A stretch of 64,000 nucleotides of DNA. It comes from an uncultured Actinomycetota bacterium. GTDB lineage: Bacteria; Actinomycetota; Actinomycetes; Mycobacteriales; Pseudonocardiaceae. Numbering within the stretch: the first letter of the stretch is position 1; the number at the start of each line of letters is the position of its first letter. The notes beneath the pieces were generated by a model that made no database searches, had not been told where the DNA came from, and worked only from the letters and a program-made list of their open reading frames with translations. Of this stretch, positions 63,265 to 64,000 are shown in pieces. The stretch lies in NCBI GenBank assembly GCA_963716955.1, contig CAVQUY010000005.1:214011-278010 (forward strand), written 5' to 3'. Position numbers and translations under genes: made by a program.

Positions 63265-64000
63265 CACACCCGGGTACGTCGCGACCATCCCCCGGTGCAT
63301 CACCCGGTCCCCGACGACGCCGGAGTGGTCGGCCTTGTGCAGGACCGCGCCGTTGTCCCAGATGACGACGTCGCCGGGGCGCCAGGCGTGGCGGTAGACG
63401 TTGTCGTCGCGGGTGGAGTGCTCGAGCAGCGCGGTGATCGTGGCCCCGTCGTCGTCCAGCCCGCTGATCGCCGCGCACCGGGCGGGCGCGTCGAGGTACA
63501 GCGCGACCCGCCCCGACACCGGGTGGGGGCGCAGGACGGGGTGGTCGGCGGCGGCCTCGTCGTCGGGACCCAGCTCCAGGCCGGTGACGACGTGGCGCAG
63601 GGTCCGTCCCTCGACCCGCGTCCGCAGGTCGGCGGGCAGCGTGTCGTGGGCGCGGAACTGGTTGCTGAACAGCGTCTGGCCGCCCCGGCTCGGGATCTCC
63701 ACGGCACGCAGGGCGGTGTAGGCCGGCGGCCGCGCCACGTAGCCGGTGTCGATGTGGAAGTTGCTGCGCGGCGGGGTCGTGCGCCCGACGTTGGAGACGA
63801 AGTTCAGCTCGGGGTGGCCCTCCAGCGGCGTCTCCCCCGTGGTGAACGCCAGCTCCCCGATGCTGCGCAGGAAGGCGGTGAACGCCGTCGTCGTCGGCGT
63901 CGTCCTGGTCGCGGAGCACGACGACGCCGTGCTCGGCCAGCAGGTCGCGCAGCGCGGTGACGTCCTCGGGGGCCAGCGGCCCGACGTCGAGGCCGGTGAC
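63259..64000 (-). CDS. TauD/TfdA-family Fe(II)/2-oxoglutarate-dependent dioxygenase, 5'-partial (runs off the window); frameshift near 63900
   Basis: ...HIDTGYVARPPAYTALRAVEIPSRGGQTLFSN (HxD facial-triad region) ...VIWDNGAVLHKA (distal His). The N-terminal ...LRDLLAEHGVVVLRDQD is at the window edge. Confidence 0.7.
   Translation of the reverse strand, partial: SPASTSGRWPPRTSPRCATCWPSTASSCSATRTTPTTTAFTAFLRSIGELAFTTGETPLEGHPELNFVSNVGRTTPPRSNFHIDTGYVARPPAYTALRAVEIPSRGGQTLFSNQFRAHDTLPADLRTRVEGRTLRHVVTGLELGPDDEAAADHPVLRPHPVSGRVALYLDAPARCAAISGLDDDGATITALLEHSTRDDNVYRHAWRPGDVVIWDNGAVLHKADHSGVVGDRVMHRGMVATYPGVA

Noticed and set aside
54974-63919. Giant ORFs 54974..58681(+), 56606..59233(-), 59212..61413(-), 61079..63919(-)
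   Set aside because: These are composites of real gene segments (ACAD-like, ATP-grasp, TauD) plus antisense or off-frame Arg-rich sequence. Only the domain-bearing segments were kept.
1-64000. Search for CRISPR arrays, tRNA/rRNA genes, transposases, integrases, phage genes
   Set aside because: None of these was found. The only notable repeats are the (His-Gly) microsatellite at 43556-43606 and the palindrome at 52115-52175.

Overview
High-GC (about 72%) actinobacterial chromosomal segment, with a Mycobacterium/Pseudonocardia-like protein repertoire. It holds about 65 protein-coding genes; no rRNA, tRNA, CRISPR array, transposase or integrase was recognised.

Content in order:
(1) 1-13 kb: aromatic/unknown catabolic genes. 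These are a salicylyl-CoA 5-hydroxylase-like FAD-monooxygenase/OYE fusion, a TPP enzyme, a cyclase, a nitrilase-family hydrolase and an NTF2-SDR fusion, next to a large LuxR/LAL regulator. A split VapC-like PIN toxin lies at 2.5-3.1 kb.
(2) 13.5-25.4 kb: a DeoR-controlled divergent sugar/polyol locus. It contains a HAD phosphatase, a DhaK/DhaL kinase, an RpiB-like isomerase, a 2-hydroxyacid dehydrogenase, an FGGY kinase, an SDR and a class II aldolase/epimerase, plus an MFS transporter, a second FGGY kinase and a histidine phosphatase. The composition matches the erythritol/threitol (tetritol) catabolic enzyme families.
(3) 25.4-31 kb: a Baeyer-Villiger monooxygenase, an M20 amidohydrolase and a phenol-hydroxylase-like FAD monooxygenase.
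(4) 31-36 kb: membrane and lipid genes (stomatin, WS/DGAT, small hydrophobic proteins).
(5) 36-47 kb: regulators (MmyB, MarR, AraC, TetR), redox enzymes, a NiCoT nickel/cobalt permease and a methyltransferase with a His-Gly repeat.
(6) 47-57.6 kb: an Lsr2 nucleoid protein with an extra Lsr2-type DNA-binding module, Lon protease and an NhaP antiporter.
(7) 57.7-64 kb: the most interesting part. A four-gene translationally coupled operon (ACAD-like, PIG-L deacetylase, NodS-like methyltransferase, GT2 glycosyltransferase) converges on a TauD-dioxygenase/two-ATP-grasp-ligase operon. This may be an uncharacterised aminosugar-conjugate pathway.

At least 25 otherwise well-conserved genes carry apparent single-base frameshifts. 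This suggests systematic indel errors rather than real pseudogenes, and it affects all boundary calls. Many of the long ORFs in the six-frame track are GC-driven antisense artefacts.
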